DNA of 33,287 nucleotides from Chlamydiota bacterium (GTDB taxonomy: Bacteria; Auribacterota; UBA3054; B51-G9), in the NCBI GenBank assembly GCA_003648225.1, contig QMOL01000003.1, positions 1-33,287 on the forward strand, given 5' to 3'. This document shows, one piece after another, positions 1 to 9,344 of the stretch. The notes under the pieces were generated by a model. That model did not search any database, was not told the origin of the DNA, and saw only the letters and a list, made by a program, of their open reading frames with translations. The position numbers and the translations under genes are program-made. Position 1 is the first letter of the stretch, and each line of letters starts with the position of its first letter.

Positions 1-509
1 GAATGCAAAAATCCGCTGTTAACTTCAAGAATAGTGCCAAAAACATCCTCCTCTATCATTTTACCGACTTTTTGCAAAGCCGGGAAAAACGGTGATTCGC
101 TTGAACAGCGTACAAAAACATTAGGATGTTTGTTTATACACTCTGTTATTACATCATTAGCCGCTTTATCTATACCGAATGGTTTTTCTCCTAATAAATG
201 TTTTCCAGCTTCAATCGCGGCACAGTAAAATTCCTGATGTAAATTATGAGGGACAGCGATATAAACCGCGTCAACATTATCATTGGATAATAATTCTTTA
301 TAGTCTGAGGTTACCTGTTCAATAGAATCAAAATTCTTTGTGTACCATTTAAGAATATCAGGGTTTGAATCACATACAGCTACTATTTCAGGTTTAATAT
401 CCATTTCGGGCAAGTGGCACCAACGCGCAACCGAGCTTGCAAATTCGCGTCCCATAAGTCCGCAGCCAATTATTCCGAATTTACAGATTTTTTCAGTAGT
501 TTGTTCCAT
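1..509 (-). CDS. Gfo/Idh/MocA family oxidoreductase (partial, runs off the left edge)
   Basis: Absent from the ORF track. Manual translation from ATG at 509: MEQTTEKICKFGIIGCGLMGREFASSVARWCHL...VDAVYIAVPHNLH...AGKHLLGEKPFG, with a Rossmann GxGxxG and the EKP motif. Confidence 0.9.
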   Translation of the reverse strand, partial: MEQTTEKICKFGIIGCGLMGREFASSVARWCHLPEMDIKPEIVAVCDSNPDILKWYTKNFDSIEQVTSDYKELLSNDNVDAVYIAVPHNLHQEFYCAAIEAGKHLLGEKPFGIDKAANDVITECINKHPNVFVRCSSESPFFPALQKVGKMIEEDVFGTILEVNSGFLH

Positions 510-521
510 ATTTACTATTAT

Positions 522-1820
522 TTATTTTATTTTCGCGATTTTTGCCGCGCCTATTGCGCCGGTATATTCCCCATCGCCTAAGTTTATTTTCAAGCCGGTT
601 ATTTTAGAAATAGTTTTTATCCAAATATTACTATTTGTAGGTCCGCCAACCATAGAGATATTTTTGGTTGTTATACCTCCGGTATTTATTTTATCTATTT
701 CATCTTTCAACTTTCTTGCCACGCTTTCCATTATAACTCTTGCTACATCAGCCGCGGAATTTGTTTTAAGAATTTCATTAGAAGGTTCATCTTCGATATT
801 TATTATCAAACTATTATCGGATAATTTTGATTTACCGGCTTCCCGATTAAAGAAGTCAAATTTTTCTTTTTCGGGAATTTCATAATTCTCGGCTAATTTA
901 TTGATCCAATTATCTATCTTAATTCCTAATTTCGGTAAAGAAAATATTGCGCCCCAATGTCCTGTTTCATCTGATAAATAAGGATCAATAAGCACTTTTA
1001 ATTTTAATGCTTCTTTTCTGTCAATTATGGGAAAAAATCCAACCCAGGATGTCCCGCAGGATAATAATAAATCTCCCTCCTCTTTTACTCCTACAGCCCG
1101 TGCCGCGGTTGGATGGTCAAAAGCGCCACTTATTACAATAACATCTTCAGATAATCCTGTTTGTTCCGCCGCAAATTTTGTTAAATTTCCAATAGGAGTT
1201 CCTGTGGGCAGTAATTTCGAGAGTTGTTCCTCTTTAATTTCAAGTTTATCGAGAAAAGGTTTATGCCAGCATTTATCTAATTGATTATAAAGATGACTAG
1301 TTGTTGCGGTAGAATAATCTAAAGCAAAATTACCCGTTAAACGAAAAGTTATAAAATCATTGTTCATTACAATTCGTTGCGCTTTTTCGTAAATTTCTTT
1401 AGCATTCTCTTTCCACCAACTCAAATGCGCAAGCGGAAAAATTTCTACAGCAGGCCATCCGGTTACAGGATAAACTTCATCAACTGAAAACAAAGATTTT
1501 ACAGGCCGGGTATCAAGCCAGCTTATTATATTTGTCAAAGGCTTATTTGCTTCATCAAGAAGCATTGTATTTCCTGTTGCTCCGGAAAAGCAAATAGCTT
1601 TTATTTTGGTTTTATTTTTTACCAATGAAGTAAATTCTTTTAAAATATCAAATATAGATTCCATTAAAATTTCCGGATTAGTTTCTTTATATCCAGATTC
1701 GGGTTCAATGTAATTCATTTCTCTTTTCGTGGCAGAGAGAACAGATAATGAGTCGTCAACCAAAACAGCTTTTATATTGGTGGTTCCCAGATCAAATCCA
1801 ATGTATAAGTTTTGGTTCAT
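522..1820 (-). CDS. FGGY family carbohydrate kinase (xylulokinase-like)
   Basis: IGFDLGTTNIKA phosphate motif, ISWLDTR, GAFDH, LSCGTS, VGGPTNS..W. Confidence 0.9.
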   Translation of the reverse strand: MNQNLYIGFDLGTTNIKAVLVDDSLSVLSATKREMNYIEPESGYKETNPEILMESIFDILKEFTSLVKNKTKIKAICFSGATGNTMLLDEANKPLTNIISWLDTRPVKSLFSVDEVYPVTGWPAVEIFPLAHLSWWKENAKEIYEKAQRIVMNNDFITFRLTGNFALDYSTATTSHLYNQLDKCWHKPFLDKLEIKEEQLSKLLPTGTPIGNLTKFAAEQTGLSEDVIVISGAFDHPTAARAVGVKEEGDLLLSCGTSWVGFFPIIDRKEALKLKVLIDPYLSDETGHWGAIFSLPKLGIKIDNWINKLAENYEIPEKEKFDFFNREAGKSKLSDNSLIINIEDEPSNEILKTNSAADVARVIMESVARKLKDEIDKINTGGITTKNISMVGGPTNSNIWIKTISKITGLKINLGDGEYTGAIGAAKIAKIK

Positions 1821-3208
1821 ATTTTTACCACTTCAAAATTCATTAATTTGCCGAACTTTTCAATTTTTTCTATTTCGGTTGTGTAAACCATTGCCGAATG
1901 ATGTGTTCCGCCATTTTCGCTATATTTCTCAAGAAAATCCGTAATTGGGATTTGAGGTTTAATCCAGCCGCGAATAGAATCTGATTTTTCATCATTTACA
2001 TCCGGATTAAAAACTTTTACCGCCGCTATTATTAATTTGTATTTATCGCCTGCTAAAGGAGCCAAATTAACGAGTATCGCGTTTCCTTCCTTAAACGTTC
2101 CAACACCGATAACAGGATTACAACCATCAATAAAGGGAAGAGATTTTTCAATTAAATTCGGTTGCAATTGTGTTAAATTCAAATTCATTTCACCCATGTG
2201 ACTTAAAAATATAATGTCTTCTTCCCAACCAGGACAAAAAATTTCAACAAATGAAGTCTCAGGAAATTCTGATAATAAAGCTGATGTAAGAGCTGCGGTT
2301 AATACATCTCCTTCACCGGCATAACCTATACCGCGCGTCATTGATTTGCTTGCTTCAAGGAAAGGCATAGTCGGAAAATCGGTTTTTTGGTTTATTTCAT
2401 TAAAATTTATTGAGAAACCTGATAAGTTTTCTTTTTGAATCCATTTCCTTACAGCGAGCGCGGCTTTAATATTTTGTTTAAAAGTGTTTTCATCTATTTT
2501 ACGGCAATTATAAGTTTTTTTATCAGCAATAATTTCATTTTCTATTTCATCATCAGAAAGTTCATTTATTAATTTACTAACAGATTCAGGCGTTGCTTGA
2601 ACAACTTCAATACCGATATTTTCTTTCAATTTATTAAACGGAACCTGGAAATCACCCATTCCTTTGAATTGTTTTCCAATAATTCCAATACGAATATTTT
2701 TCATAAATGATGTCATCTTCGCAATCCTGACATCTGAAATCACTCTCTGAATAACATTTGATTTTTTCCAATGACCTGCTTCAATTTGGAATGGCTTATT
2801 GTTTCTCAAAAGGAGGTTGCACATATCCTGCACACCATGAATTCCATGGTTCATCATGATAAGTTCATCATTAATATTTGCGGGCGAAAAAGAAAAATTA
2901 TACGTTGTATCCAAAATAACTATCGGTATTTTGGTGTTTGCAAGAACTTTTGATGATTCAAGTGAAGGTGAATAAGCAAGATGCAAAGTCACTATAGCAT
3001 CAACTTTTTCTTTTTCAAACAATGCGATTGCTGTGTTAAATTCATTTTCAACGCAGCAAATCCCGGGATTTACAACTTCAATTTCACATTTTTCAAATTC
3101 TTTTGATATAATATCATTAAATTCGGAAAACTTTATTCTTGCTTCGGGAACAAGTTCATCATACAGTTTTAAATATAAAGGCAAAAGTCCAATTTTCATT
3201 TTTTTCAT
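1817..3208 (-). CDS. L-arabinose/L-fucose isomerase family protein
   Basis: GIGYAGEGD, SHMGE and C-terminal GGTHHSA metal-ligand motifs as in AraA-like isomerases; 4-bp overlap with the kinase. Confidence 0.8.
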   Translation of the reverse strand: MKKMKIGLLPLYLKLYDELVPEARIKFSEFNDIISKEFEKCEIEVVNPGICCVENEFNTAIALFEKEKVDAIVTLHLAYSPSLESSKVLANTKIPIVILDTTYNFSFSPANINDELIMMNHGIHGVQDMCNLLLRNNKPFQIEAGHWKKSNVIQRVISDVRIAKMTSFMKNIRIGIIGKQFKGMGDFQVPFNKLKENIGIEVVQATPESVSKLINELSDDEIENEIIADKKTYNCRKIDENTFKQNIKAALAVRKWIQKENLSGFSINFNEINQKTDFPTMPFLEASKSMTRGIGYAGEGDVLTAALTSALLSEFPETSFVEIFCPGWEEDIIFLSHMGEMNLNLTQLQPNLIEKSLPFIDGCNPVIGVGTFKEGNAILVNLAPLAGDKYKLIIAAVKVFNPDVNDEKSDSIRGWIKPQIPITDFLEKYSENGGTHHSAMVYTTEIEKIEKFGKLMNFEVVKI

Positions 3209-4260
3209 TTGATTTTTCTTAAATTAACTGTTGCGTCATTAATTATTTTTATCGCGTTATTATAAAATATATCCTCTAAATCATTCTTTGTTAAATTACA
3301 TTCCTTAGCCGCTTTGAAAAAAGCCGCTAATTCTTCATAAAGAAAAAATGTTATCTTCTCCGCTTCAGCATCGGAAACTTCACGCATGTTCGGATCGTTT
3401 GATACATCTCCATATAAACCTTTTGGCACCAAATTTATGTACTTGCCATTTTCACAAATCCGATGTGTGCGCATTTTTAATATCGGAAGATCGGTTCCAA
3501 ATAAAATGCGTTTCGGACCAACCGCTTGTATTAATTTCTCGAAAACAACGGAATTACAGTTCGCGGAAAAATCGAACATTAAATTTTTTGTGCCCGATAA
3601 AACTTCAAAAGCATTTCCTACATCTTCTTCGCAGTATGCTCTGCCGACATGAGCTACAATCAATTTAATATTAGGATAATTATTTTCAATTTCAATTAAC
3701 TGCTTCAAATTAACAGGATCTTTTAATCGTAAATTTCTTGGGATGTGAAGCATCATTATCATTCCAAGTTTATCCAAAACTTCAAGATGATGTTTAGGAA
3801 AAAAATCGAAAATTGTAATATCAGCAACTGAAATCTCAGGTTTTGAAAGCGAGAGATAACTTTTTACTCCAATGAACTTCCAGGAAATAATTTTTTGTTC
3901 TAGTGTTTCCGCTGACCATTCCGGATGAGAAAAAATCAATCCTGGAATGTTTGTTTCTGATGATACTTTACTTACATAATTATTAAACCTTTCCAACTCA
4001 TCAAAATCACACGGAACATAGCCAAAAACAAGAGGTGTTACTTCGGTCTCCGGTAAAAGAATTTTGTACGTTTCCAGTAATTGTTCTATAGGATTTTCAT
4101 CAGCTACCAGCATAGGCCAGGAAACACTTCTATCATTTTGAAAATTTTTAGAATGGTCTGTTTTTCTCCAGATATGTGTATGAATATCAATGATTTTTTT
4201 CGGTAAAAAATCTTTAATAAAATTTTTATAAAAATTTTTATCTGCATTCGTAACATTCAT
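3205..4260 (-). CDS. Amidohydrolase family protein (Amidohydro_2-like TIM barrel)
   Basis: IIDIHTH, MLHIP, IVAHVG, ILFGTD and IFYNNA motifs. Confidence 0.85.
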   Translation of the reverse strand: MNVTNADKNFYKNFIKDFLPKKIIDIHTHIWRKTDHSKNFQNDRSVSWPMLVADENPIEQLLETYKILLPETEVTPLVFGYVPCDFDELERFNNYVSKVSSETNIPGLIFSHPEWSAETLEQKIISWKFIGVKSYLSLSKPEISVADITIFDFFPKHHLEVLDKLGMIMMLHIPRNLRLKDPVNLKQLIEIENNYPNIKLIVAHVGRAYCEEDVGNAFEVLSGTKNLMFDFSANCNSVVFEKLIQAVGPKRILFGTDLPILKMRTHRICENGKYINLVPKGLYGDVSNDPNMREVSDAEAEKITFFLYEELAAFFKAAKECNLTKNDLEDIFYNNAIKIINDATVNLRKIK

Positions 4261-4344
4261 TATTTTTTATTTGTGTCTGAAAGGTTCAATAATTATATTA
4301 AGTAATCGTCATGTTCTAAACAAACAAAATCGAACATTTTTATA

Positions 4345-4373
4345 ATGGTACCATATTTTAAACTATATTTCAA
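4345..4373 (-). promoter_or_regulatory. Putative sigma70 promoter of the sugar operon with a palindrome over the -10
   Basis: Minus strand TTGAAA (4373-4368), 17 bp, TACCAT (4350-4345) with extended TG; palindrome ATGGTACCAT at 4345-4354. Confidence 0.4.
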
Positions 4374-4433
4374 CCCCCTATGATAAAAGACCCTGTTTTT
4401 TAATAAAATTGAATGTTTTTTTAACATTTACCA

Positions 4434-4462
4434 TTGCTTTTTATTAGTTCTTTTGTTAAAAT
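4434..4462 (+). promoter_or_regulatory. Putative sigma70 promoter of trkAH
   Basis: TTGCTT (4434-4439), 17 bp, TAAAAT (4457-4462) with extended TG. Confidence 0.5.
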
Positions 4463-4504
4463 TTTTTATTTATTTGTTTAAGTATAAAATTAGGATAAAT
4501 TATT

Positions 4505-5881
4505 ATGAAAATTATAATTCTCGGTGCGGGTGGACTTGGACGTAACCTTGCAACTACACTTTGTGATGACAAACATGATGTTGTAATAGTTGATTTAAAA
4601 TCGAGGACTCTTAATAATATTAGAGAACATCTTGATGCTATGGTAATACAAGGTCACGGCGCTTCAATTAATGTGTTAAAACAAGCGGGTATTGAAAATG
4701 CTCAGTTATTAATTGCAGCCACTAGTGATGATGCTTCAAATATTCTTGCCTGCCAAATTGCAAATCATTTTAAGGTTGAAAATATAATTTGCCGCTTATA
4801 TTCTTATGATTTTTTTTCACAGCTAGATAATTTCACTCCTGAAATGCTGGGAATAACTGATACTGTTTTTCCGGAAGATGAATGTATAAAAAAAATATTA
4901 GATACTTTAGAGGATCAGAATATACTTGAAAAAATTGTTTTCAGTGCTGAAAATGCTGTAATGACAGTTTTTAGAATAAGAAATGATTCTCCAATTAAAG
5001 GTCTTGCCTTAAAAAATTTCCCCGATCCTGATCTTTTAAAAATTGTCAGATTTGCCGCTATTGTACGTGATAAAAAACTTATGATTCCACAAGGTGATAC
5101 AATTATTCAGCAAAATGATGAAGTATATCTCGCCGGAACAAAAAAAGGTATCAAAAGTATGATTGGCTGGCTTACGCCGGAAAATAAACCAATTAAAAAA
5201 ATAATCGTTGCAGGCGCAAGCCGTATGGGAATTAAACTTGCCGGTAAACTTGACAAAACAGGTTTTGATGTTCGGGTAATAGAAAATGATTTTAATAAAT
5301 GTGAAGAAATTATAGATAAAACAAAATCTGATATAAAAGTAATTAACGGTGATCCTACTAATTACTTTATACTGAAAGAAACCGGTATCAGTGAATGCGA
5401 TGTTTATATTGGCGTCCTTGATGATGATGAAGATAATATTTTAAGTTGTATCCTTGCCAAAAAACATGGCGCAAAAAAAGTGATCACCACAACTAAAAAA
5501 GGTGAATATATTAAAGTTGTTCCGGATCTGGATGTGATTGATTGTGGTTTTAACTCAGGTCTTGTAGCCGTAAATACCGTTCTCAGATATCTCGGTACCG
5601 GCACAGGTAAACTGAGTATCGATGCCGTCTTATATAGAGTTGATGCTTATGTTTATGAGTTCAAAATTGAATCAGGCTCTGAATTGTGCAATAAACAAAT
5701 TCATGAATGCGGAATCTTAGATTATGCTGTTATCGCTCTTATTTTTAGAAACGGGGGAGATGTTGTCATTCCTTCCGGAAGTCTTGAATTGAAAACCGGC
5801 GATATTATTGCTATTATTGCTACAAAGGATACCGCAAAAAAATTAGGGAAACTTTTTACTAAGAAAAAACTGTTCTCTTAA
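4505..5881 (+). CDS. trkA: Trk potassium uptake NAD-binding regulatory subunit TrkA
   Basis: 458 aa with two RCK N/C repeats; MKIIILGAGGLG, LKQAGIENAQLLIAAT, DEDNILSCILAK; adjacent to trkH. Confidence 0.95.
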   Translation: MKIIILGAGGLGRNLATTLCDDKHDVVIVDLKSRTLNNIREHLDAMVIQGHGASINVLKQAGIENAQLLIAATSDDASNILACQIANHFKVENIICRLYSYDFFSQLDNFTPEMLGITDTVFPEDECIKKILDTLEDQNILEKIVFSAENAVMTVFRIRNDSPIKGLALKNFPDPDLLKIVRFAAIVRDKKLMIPQGDTIIQQNDEVYLAGTKKGIKSMIGWLTPENKPIKKIIVAGASRMGIKLAGKLDKTGFDVRVIENDFNKCEEIIDKTKSDIKVINGDPTNYFILKETGISECDVYIGVLDDDEDNILSCILAKKHGAKKVITTTKKGEYIKVVPDLDVIDCGFNSGLVAVNTVLRYLGTGTGKLSIDAVLYRVDAYVYEFKIESGSELCNKQIHECGILDYAVIALIFRNGGDVVIPSGSLELKTGDIIAIIATKDTAKKLGKLFTKKKLFS

Positions 5882-5886
5882 TGAAG

Positions 5887-5941
5887 AAGGTTTAAGGTTT
5901 AAGGTTTAAGGTTTAAAGTTTAAGGTTTAAAGTTTAAGGTT
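5887..5941 (+). repeat. Heptamer tandem repeat (AARGTTT), about 8 units
   Basis: AAGGTTT x4, AAAGTTT, AAGGTTT, AAAGTTT, AAGGTT read directly. Confidence 0.9.
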
Positions 5942-6011
5942 GAATGGGTTCGCGACGCGCCCGGCGAATGCCGGGTAAAGCCTAAGGCTTAAGTGGGTAT
6001 TGGGAAAGGGA

Positions 6012-6051
6012 AAATTACTAAATTATTTAATTATTAAATTACCAAATTAAA
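6012..6051 (+). repeat. Degenerate octamer tandem repeat (AAATTANN) x5 abutting the trkH start
   Basis: AAATTACT AAATTATT TAATTATT AAATTACC AAATTAAA, then TTG. Confidence 0.55.
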
Positions 6052-7584
6052 TTGAATAAACGCGCTGTCATAAATGTTGTTTCTGCCCTTATTGTTGTTA
6101 TTGGTTTGATGATTCTTATTTCAGGAATTGTCGGATGGTTTATGAATGACCAACATAATGTTGTTTATCAGATGTATATAAGTGCTGCTTTTTCCATTGG
6201 CTTTGGCTCTGTTTTGTTTTTACTGACAAAAGCAAAGAATAAAAAGTTCCGGTTAGGAATTCGTGAGGGCTTTGGCATTGTTTCTTTAGGTTGGATTGCT
6301 GCTTCTGCTTTCGGCTGTATACCATTTATAATAATTTCAGATATGTTTTGGTATGATGCTTTCTTTGAAACAATGTCCGGATTCACAACAACAGGAGCAA
6401 GTGTTCTGGATGATAAACTGCTTCTAATGAATGGAAAAACTCTTGTCTATGGTATAGCGGATTTACCAAAAGGGCTACTTTTCTGGAGAAGTTTAACCCA
6501 TTGGTTAGGAGGAATGGGAATCGTTGTATTATCATTAGCTGTTTTACCTTTTCTGGGGATCGGAGGACAACAGTTATATAATGCTGAAGTCCCGGGACCA
6601 ACATCAGACCAACTTACTCCGAGAATTGCTAATTCCGCAAAAATTCTCTGGGGAGTATATATGTTATTAACAGTTGTTGAAGTCTTCTTGCTATGGATTG
6701 GAAATATGACGATGTTTGATGCCTGGTGTACTGCATTTGGTACCCTCGCAACAGGTGGCTTTTCAACTCAGCAATCAAGTATCGGTTATTATAACAGCAC
6801 ATATTTTGACGTCATAATATGTCTCTTTATGTTTCTCGCAGGTTGTAACTTTATTCTTCACTACAAAGCTTTACGCGGTAAACCTCTTTTCCACTGGAAA
6901 GATGAAGAATTCCGCTTCTATTTTGGCTTGGTCGTTCTTTCTTCTCTTTTGATCGCCGTATTATTAATGTTAAATAAAATTACAATTTACACTTCTGCCG
7001 GATTAGAAGTTGAACCCGGATTATTCAATTATCTGCGCTATTCTACATTTCAAGTTATATCAATATTAACTACAACAGGTTTTGTTACCGCAAATTTTAA
7101 CCTCTGGCCGGCTTTTGCTGCTATTTTATTGGTAACTCTTATGTTTATAGGTGGATGTGGCGGCTCTACAGGTGGCGGAATGAAAAACTCCAGAATTATT
7201 TTATTGCTTAAATATGGAAAAGTTCAACTTGAAAGATGTTTGTTCCCGCATCTCGTTTCTAATGTAAGGCTTAATAAAGAACGTATTCCTACGGTCACGC
7301 TTCATAAAGTAATGTCTTTTTTCTTCTTTTTTATAACCGTTTATCTGATTGTTGCTTTAGCTCTTTGTTTTTTAGATTCTAATATGGATTTTAAAACTTC
7401 CTTATCCGCCTCTATCGCAGCTTTGGGTAACATAGGACCGGGCCTGGGCAAAGTAGGGGCGATTTGCACTTATTCATGGATTACACCCTCTGCCAAAATA
7501 TTACTCAGTTTTTCAATGCTTCTCGGAAGGCTGGAATTATATACTGTTTTAGTATTATTCCTCCCGTCATTTTGGAAAAAATGA
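6052..7584 (+). CDS. trkH: TrkH potassium uptake permease (TTG start)
   Basis: FFETMSGFTTTGAS, LATGGFS, TTTGF, GGCGGSTGGGMK, LGNIGPG and MLLGRLE signatures. Confidence 0.95.
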   Translation: MNKRAVINVVSALIVVIGLMILISGIVGWFMNDQHNVVYQMYISAAFSIGFGSVLFLLTKAKNKKFRLGIREGFGIVSLGWIAASAFGCIPFIIISDMFWYDAFFETMSGFTTTGASVLDDKLLLMNGKTLVYGIADLPKGLLFWRSLTHWLGGMGIVVLSLAVLPFLGIGGQQLYNAEVPGPTSDQLTPRIANSAKILWGVYMLLTVVEVFLLWIGNMTMFDAWCTAFGTLATGGFSTQQSSIGYYNSTYFDVIICLFMFLAGCNFILHYKALRGKPLFHWKDEEFRFYFGLVVLSSLLIAVLLMLNKITIYTSAGLEVEPGLFNYLRYSTFQVISILTTTGFVTANFNLWPAFAAILLVTLMFIGGCGGSTGGGMKNSRIILLLKYGKVQLERCLFPHLVSNVRLNKERIPTVTLHKVMSFFFFFITVYLIVALALCFLDSNMDFKTSLSASIAALGNIGPGLGKVGAICTYSWITPSAKILLSFSMLLGRLELYTVLVLFLPSFWKK

Positions 7585-7665
7585 AAAATTTTTAGAAAAA
7601 AGCTGTTTTACTTTGTTTTTAAATCGAATTGAATATCGAATGTCAATTAACGATAGAAAATAAAA

Positions 7666-8868
7666 TTATCTGGTAAGAAGGTAGGCTAGAATATTTATAT
7701 TCATCAAATAAGCGTCAAGCGTTGTTTTAAAATCTTCCACGTTCGCATAAATTTTACGCTCATTATGCCATATTCTCGGACCTTGCCAGCGATAATATCC
7801 TTTCGCATCAGCCGCGAGGCCGTATTTAATCGCGTTACCTGTAGAATCGAGGGAAGCGAGCATAAAATCGCCATAATCATTGAGATTATAAATAACAACA
7901 ACTCTACCGTCAATTTCAATTGTTTCAATAGGTTCCTGCCAATAATTCATTCCCATAGGAACACCCTGAAAAACAACAAAAGAACGGAAAACTTTGTGTT
8001 TGTTACTAACCGGTTTTAAATCGTGGTCAGGAATGACACGTTTCATCTCACGGCGAAAAGCAACATCAAAACGCGATCGCCTACCCGGCAGGGAAGAATT
8101 AGCGACGATAGCGCCGCCCTGTAATATATACGTTCTGAGGTTTTCGACTTCCGCATCAGTAAATTTAAAATTCTTATGACCTGTAATATAAACAAAGGGA
8201 CTATCATGAATTTCCGGGGAATCCGCTCTGGCAACTACCGGAGTTTTATGTTTGACTTCAATATTTGTCCTGCGTTCAATTTCGTGAATGAGGTTAATAA
8301 GTGAGCCGTGAGTAAGATCCGGAACACTTTTCCCTTTTCTGTTTTTAATATGGTGGAATTCACAATCCCAGTCTCCGCCTTCATAAGACAAAAGTACAAT
8401 TTTATCAATGATAGCACGGATTGTTTTTCCGCTGCTTTCAACGCCATGTCTCGCGGCATAGTCACGGTACATCATATTTTTAACGCTTTTGCCGAGATTA
8501 TTAGCTGTTTTAAAATCGATTTTAGTTTTTTTCTTAAAGGTGAGAGTTTTAGGCCGCAATTTGCTTTTTATATTTCTTTTTACTACCAGTCTTTTCTCCA
8601 GCTTCTGCATCTTCTTCATCTTAGGTGGAGGAGGAGGTATATTAACCGGAATATTTTTAGGCATCACAACCGGTTTTGGTTGTTCGATTTTTTTCTTTAC
8701 AGGTTTTCTAAAAACACTCGTTATCGCATTCCGCATTGTCTCAGAACTTGAAACAATAACAAAGGCCATTGCAACAGCAATAATCGCGTGAATAAGAATA
8801 GACACGCCGAGAGCTTCTGACTGCCGAATAATATTATATCTTTTTTTTATAAATTCTTTAAATTTCAT
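7666..8868 (-). CDS. TonB-like membrane-anchored protein with a C-terminal DUF4159-like domain
   Basis: N-terminal TM with S-x3-H (VSILIHA), Pro/Lys-rich linker (PPPPP), C-terminal YEGGDW...SPFVYITGH..FKFTDAEVENLRTYILQGG resembling DUF4159. Confidence 0.75.
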   Translation of the reverse strand: MKFKEFIKKRYNIIRQSEALGVSILIHAIIAVAMAFVIVSSSETMRNAITSVFRKPVKKKIEQPKPVVMPKNIPVNIPPPPPKMKKMQKLEKRLVVKRNIKSKLRPKTLTFKKKTKIDFKTANNLGKSVKNMMYRDYAARHGVESSGKTIRAIIDKIVLLSYEGGDWDCEFHHIKNRKGKSVPDLTHGSLINLIHEIERRTNIEVKHKTPVVARADSPEIHDSPFVYITGHKNFKFTDAEVENLRTYILQGGAIVANSSLPGRRSRFDVAFRREMKRVIPDHDLKPVSNKHKVFRSFVVFQGVPMGMNYWQEPIETIEIDGRVVVIYNLNDYGDFMLASLDSTGNAIKYGLAADAKGYYRWQGPRIWHNERKIYANVEDFKTTLDAYLMNINILAYLLTR

Positions 8869-8870
8869 AT

Positions 8871-9314
8871 TTATTCAAAAACGCTTGAATCCGATGGAAA
8901 CGATATTTGATCAATGCCCGCGTAAGCACAGGCGTTAAGAACAGAAATAACTCGCTGGTGCTTAGTGTCACGCTGACCGCGAATAACTACCGGCTGTTCG
9001 GGATATGCTTGCTTGAGATCATAAAGAATTGATTTTAATTCCGGCAAATCAATCGATTTTGCTGAATCACTCGGCTGACCATTCCAATAAACTTCTCCTG
9101 TCGGGAAAATATCAACGACAACTTCTTCAGGTGAATCAAGCTGTTGCGCCTGTTTCATTTCATTATCAACGGGAATAGCCACTTTCAGCTCCGATTCGTC
9201 TTGAATTAAGCTTGCTGAAACGATAAAATAAATAAGCAGCAGAAAAACAATATCTACCATGCTTGACAGGTTCATTTCAACTGCATCTTCATCTCTACAT
9301 CCTCGAAAAGCCAT
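8871..9314 (-). CDS. exbD: Biopolymer transporter ExbD/TolR family protein
   Basis: NLSSMVDIVFLLLIYF with conserved TM Asp; VVIRG...VLNAC. Confidence 0.9.
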   Translation of the reverse strand: MAFRGCRDEDAVEMNLSSMVDIVFLLLIYFIVSASLIQDESELKVAIPVDNEMKQAQQLDSPEEVVVDIFPTGEVYWNGQPSDSAKSIDLPELKSILYDLKQAYPEQPVVIRGQRDTKHQRVISVLNACAYAGIDQISFPSDSSVFE

Positions 9315-9323
9315 AATTTTTAA

Positions 9324-9344
9324 TCGTTATTCGTTATTCGTAAT
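9324..9344 (+). repeat. Heptamer tandem repeat (TCGTWAT) x3 between the two exbD genes
   Basis: TCGTTAT TCGTTAT TCGTAAT. Confidence 0.6.

Noticed and set aside
34-885. Plus-strand ORFs 34-228 and 340-885
   Set aside because: Antisense shadows of the dehydrogenase and kinase genes; the other short overlapping ORFs in the track were rejected on the same grounds.
4261-4504. c-di-AMP riboswitch upstream of trkA
   Set aside because: Very AT-rich with no recognisable conserved stems; the predicted 5' UTR is too short.
5887-5941. TTTAAGG repeat as eukaryotic telomere or CRISPR
   Set aside because: Embedded between bacterial trkA and trkH; no spacers and no cas genes.
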